From Candidatus Hodarchaeota archaeon (GTDB taxonomy: Archaea; Asgardarchaeota; Lokiarchaeia; Sigyniarchaeales; SOKP01), in contig JBHLKM010000003.1 in NCBI GenBank assembly GCA_048886685.1, positions 128,001 to 192,000 on the forward strand: a stretch of 64,000 nt of DNA, in the 5' to 3' direction. The translations under genes and the position numbers were made by a program. Within the stretch, counting starts at the first letter, position 1. Every line of letters starts with the position of its first letter. The notes beneath the pieces were generated by a model that saw only the letters and a program-made list of their open reading frames with translations, was not told the DNA's origin and ran no database searches. Below, one piece after another: positions 60,780-64,000 of the stretch.

Positions 60780-61208
60780 TTGCCAAAAGGACTATATGCT
60801 GCAAGAAAACTTCAAACGAATAGGAAAAAGTTTAAATGGTCAAAAACTAAATATAAACGTAGGAAACTAAAGCTAAAACAGAAAGTTGACCCTTTAGAAG
60901 GAAGTTGTCAAGCACTTGGGATAGTACTTCAGAAGGTTGGCCGAGAAAGTAAACAACCTAATTCAGCTATTAGAAAATGTGTAAGAGTTCAACTGAAAAA
61001 AAATGGAAAAGGTGTTACTGCATTTCTCCCTGGAGATGGGGCGCTTAACTTCATCGAGGAACATGATAGAGTCATTGTTGAGGGAATTGGTGGGGCAAAA
61101 GGGAGAAGTATAGGCGATCTTCCGGGAGTACGTTATAAAGTAGTTAAAGTTAATGGTGTAAGCCTAGAGGCTCTTTTGTCTGGAAAGAAAGAAAAGCCTT
61201 TACGTTAA
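60780..61208 (+). CDS. rps12: 30S ribosomal protein S12 (uS12)
   Basis: TTG start after GGTGA giving [11 protein letters not shown], plus [10 protein letters not shown] and [10 protein letters not shown]. Confidence 0.96.
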   Translation: MPKGLYAARKLQTNRKKFKWSKTKYKRRKLKLKQKVDPLEGSCQALGIVLQKVGRESKQPNSAIRKCVRVQLKKNGKGVTAFLPGDGALNFIEEHDRVIVEGIGGAKGRSIGDLPGVRYKVVKVNGVSLEALLSGKKEKPLR

Positions 61209-61221
61209 AGGGAAAAAAAAT

Positions 61222-61839
61222 ATGAGCAAAACGAAAAAAGAAATTAAATTATTTAATAAATGGTCTTTTGAAGACATCAGTATTGCAGATCGGACACTTG
61301 AAAATTACATCAACTTAAAACCGATCATTATTCCCCATTCTGCTGGGAGACATGAGCATAGAAGATTTTGGAAATCTTCTAAAGTGTCAATACTAGAACG
61401 ATTTACAAATAGATTACTTTCTCCTGGATTTATTGGAAGTAGAATTAAGGGACATAAAAGTTCTTCTAATTCTGGCAAAAAAGGAAAATTATTGAGAAGT
61501 ATAAAGAATGCATTTGTCTTAATCGAGCTAACTACAGAGGAAAATCCGATTCAAGTTTTAATAGATGCGATAGTAAATACCTCTCCAAGAGAAGAAACGA
61601 CGAAAATCGCAATGGGAGGCATCAGTTACGCTTCAGCAGTGGATATCGCACCCCAGCGCAGAGTTGATTTGGCTATAAAATATCTATCTCAAGCTATAGG
61701 TGCAAGATCTCATTCTAATGAGAAACAATTTGAAGAAAACTTAGCAGAAGAGTTAATATTAGCAGCAAGAAATAGTCAAGAATCTAGGGCTGTCAGGCGT
61801 AAAGATGAAATAGAAAGGATCGCAGTTTCAGCTAGATAA
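61222..61839 (+). CDS. rps7: 30S ribosomal protein S7 (uS7)
   Basis: LFNKWS, PHSAGR, NPIQVL, PREE, VDIAPQRRVD. Confidence 0.96.
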   Translation: MSKTKKEIKLFNKWSFEDISIADRTLENYINLKPIIIPHSAGRHEHRRFWKSSKVSILERFTNRLLSPGFIGSRIKGHKSSSNSGKKGKLLRSIKNAFVLIELTTEENPIQVLIDAIVNTSPREETTKIAMGGISYASAVDIAPQRRVDLAIKYLSQAIGARSHSNEKQFEENLAEELILAARNSQESRAVRRKDEIERIAVSAR

Positions 61840-62068
61840 AGACCTTCATAATAAAAACTAAGCATATCAATTAATTTAAGAAGATTCTTGAGACATTAGA
61901 GTTCCAATTACCCCATATAAATAATCAATAAAAAAAACATACATTTTTTGATAAATTAAAGTCAAAAAAATCTTTATTTAAAAAATATACCAATCTCTTT
62001 TTATATCAATAATAAATTATACTAACTTAGGGATATTTTAAATGATTAATGCGAAGAGGTGATGGAAC

Positions 62069-62224
62069 ATTAAGGTGTTAAAGAAAAGACAATGGCTTAT
62101 AAAAGACGAAAAAATGAAAGGTATAAGCCCTAAAAAGTACTATGAAGAAATGTTTAAAGAACTTGTAAAAGAAATTAATGAAAATGAAAAAAGCGTCAAG
62201 AAATTCATTACTATAAAAAATTAA
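62069..62224 (+). CDS. Small hypothetical protein (about 50 aa) missed by the ORF track
   Basis: Strong GAGGTGA SD, then ATT-AAG-GTG...: (M)KVLKKRQWLIKDEKMKGISPKKYYEEMFKELVKEINENEKSVKKFITIKN. Confidence 0.5.
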   Translation: MKVLKKRQWLIKDEKMKGISPKKYYEEMFKELVKEINENEKSVKKFITIKN

Positions 62225-62428
62225 GTTAAATTTAAATAAACTCATTTACTTAAACTATGATCTAATTATTAGGAAGCACCACAAAATACATAGAATTTTG
62301 TTTCAGAATTAGCTGGTGCTTCAGAATATTTACATAATTTTGATTTGGCAGAATCTGCATATTCAAATCTGTGAACCATATTATAATGGCTCTTTGCTGA
62401 TAATATCAAGTAGAAAAAAAAATATGAG

Positions 62429-63928
62429 TTAGTTTTTAATTGTATAATCCAAAACAGTACCAATAACAACAAAAACAAAAAATGTGCTAATAGAAATGTT
62501 CTGAATTAAGTACTCGGTAGGTGGTAAAATAGCTATATATAATATTGTTATGAAGAAGTCATATACTAAAAATGAAGTCCATAAAGCTATAGTTGTTGTT
62601 CTAATTGGTTTTTTTGTGACAAAACTAATGGTTAGACCTATAAGAGCATAAATAAGAATAATAATAAGAGGTAGTGGTACCCAATCAAATTCAGGTGGAA
62701 TTAAAGTTACATATATGAAAAATATGATTACTGAGAAAATTAAGAAGAAATTAATATAGTACAACAAACGCCTTATTAAGTTCTTTTCTTGATCTATTTT
62801 GAACCATAATATACCAAAAGATATGAATAATAACCAAGCATAAATCAAATTTAATGCATCCAAAAAAGTGAATCCAACATCTATAAGGTAATGTGTACCT
62901 CTTAACGCATAAATGATTCCGTATCCTAGAATTTGAGTAAGCAAAATGTGGTATGTCGATCTTCCTATTAATGAAATCACATGTGAAAATTTATTATCTG
63001 AATTTTGTGGTAGACACTTCATTGCAAGTAAAAATAGAAAGGCGGAATATGGAGAGATTAAGAAATGATAGTCTCCTCTTAAAAGTGGAACGCCACCAAT
63101 CATAATCCTAAAACCAAAAAATTGATAGGCACAAATAAACGCTAAACTAATAGGATATATAATCCACATGAAGAAATTTCTATTTTGTTCTAGTTTATAG
63201 CCAAATGAGAACCACATACCAAAGCCAATCGCAGGTAGATAAAATAAAATAGAGGTCATGAACATATTAAGCATATGTATTTTTGACCAAGAAATTACAC
63301 TCCCAGGATATAGGTTGCCAATAAAGAAAAAAATGGCTAAATGCATTGCGATCTCAATAATAAAGCATAGGATTAATGTTAAATTTGGTTTTTTAGTTAA
63401 TGCTTTATAGAGTAAAGGTAAGATTATGATAGACTGGAAAATTAATGGTAGAAACCAATTTCCAGGACCCCAAAATGGTAAAATTCCTATAAATAAATTC
63501 ATAAAACCATGGCTGGGGTAATACTGACCATGATACATCTCTGAAATGTTGAATTGATAAAGAATTAGCCCCAATAATGTAGAAAATCCGTATAAAACAA
63601 GAAAAGGTACAATATACCGTAAAATTTTACTTTTAAAATAATTCCAAGAATATAATTCCTTTAACGATTGATCCCCTTTTCTTTGGAATGAAATTCCCAT
63701 ATTAAATCCCATTATTACTAAAAATACTGGAATAGATATTCTCTCCCATAGTGTGACAGCGATATTGCTTTTTACTCCCCATGAAACCATATGATCAAAA
63801 ATTACTAAAAATATCATTGCTGCTTTTAAGAAATCTACTTGGAAATATTGTCTAGTGTCTATTATCAAAACTTTCTGTTTGGTTTCAGTTATAAATAATT
63901 CAGATTTTTTTTTTTTCTTCATATCCAT
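62429..63928 (-). CDS. Acyltransferase-3 (OafA-like) membrane protein
   Basis: VDFLKA..IFLVIFDH, IPVFLVIMG, PGNWFL, GRSTYHILLTQ. Confidence 0.82.
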   Translation of the reverse strand: MDMKKKKKSELFITETKQKVLIIDTRQYFQVDFLKAAMIFLVIFDHMVSWGVKSNIAVTLWERISIPVFLVIMGFNMGISFQRKGDQSLKELYSWNYFKSKILRYIVPFLVLYGFSTLLGLILYQFNISEMYHGQYYPSHGFMNLFIGILPFWGPGNWFLPLIFQSIIILPLLYKALTKKPNLTLILCFIIEIAMHLAIFFFIGNLYPGSVISWSKIHMLNMFMTSILFYLPAIGFGMWFSFGYKLEQNRNFFMWIIYPISLAFICAYQFFGFRIMIGGVPLLRGDYHFLISPYSAFLFLLAMKCLPQNSDNKFSHVISLIGRSTYHILLTQILGYGIIYALRGTHYLIDVGFTFLDALNLIYAWLLFISFGILWFKIDQEKNLIRRLLYYINFFLIFSVIIFFIYVTLIPPEFDWVPLPLIIILIYALIGLTISFVTKKPIRTTTIALWTSFLVYDFFITILYIAILPPTEYLIQNISISTFFVFVVIGTVLDYTIKN

Positions 63929-64000
63929 TATAATACTCTTTTTTGAAAAAGTTAAAAAAATTTACTTAAGAAATTAATTTTTTTTCCAATAATATAACGA

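Noticed and set aside
1-64000. tRNA, rRNA, CRISPR array, transposase/integrase, inteins in RpoA1/A2
   Set aside because: I saw no cloverleaf or T-loop signature, no regularly spaced repeats and no recombinase motifs, and the RNAP subunits have no intein-sized insertions.

Overview
AT-rich archaeal chromosomal segment. The gene content points to an Asgard archaeon, most likely Lokiarchaeia/Promethearchaeia: split rpoA1/rpoA2, eL21/eL30/eL33, an archaeal histone, Pus10 and DHQ synthase II, plus three Rab-like GTPases, a Snf7/ESCRT-III protein, a Roadblock protein, a Sec23/24-like protein and a presenilin-type protease. Housekeeping blocks are the glycine cleavage operon gcvT-H-PA-PB, pus10-rpl21e-rpoF-DUF655-ksgA-hemK and rpoA1-rpoA2-rpl30e-nusA-(M28 peptidase)-rps12-rps7. 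I found no rRNA, tRNA, CRISPR array or transposase. The strongest hidden signal is a peroxiredoxin-like selenoprotein gene that the ORF track splits: an in-frame TGA sits in FFRGNW-U-SHC, and a GC-rich structured 3' element, a candidate SECIS, follows the stop. Other candidates are non-canonical ATH start codons 7-8 nt after a GGTG Shine-Dalgarno, a multidomain Zn-finger/PH/QN-rich/steadiness-box-like protein near snf7, a possible switch or pseudoknot leader on the gcv operon, tandem operators before an FrhB-like gene, and a C-terminal extension on RpoA1. All family calls come from motif recognition by eye; no database searches were run.
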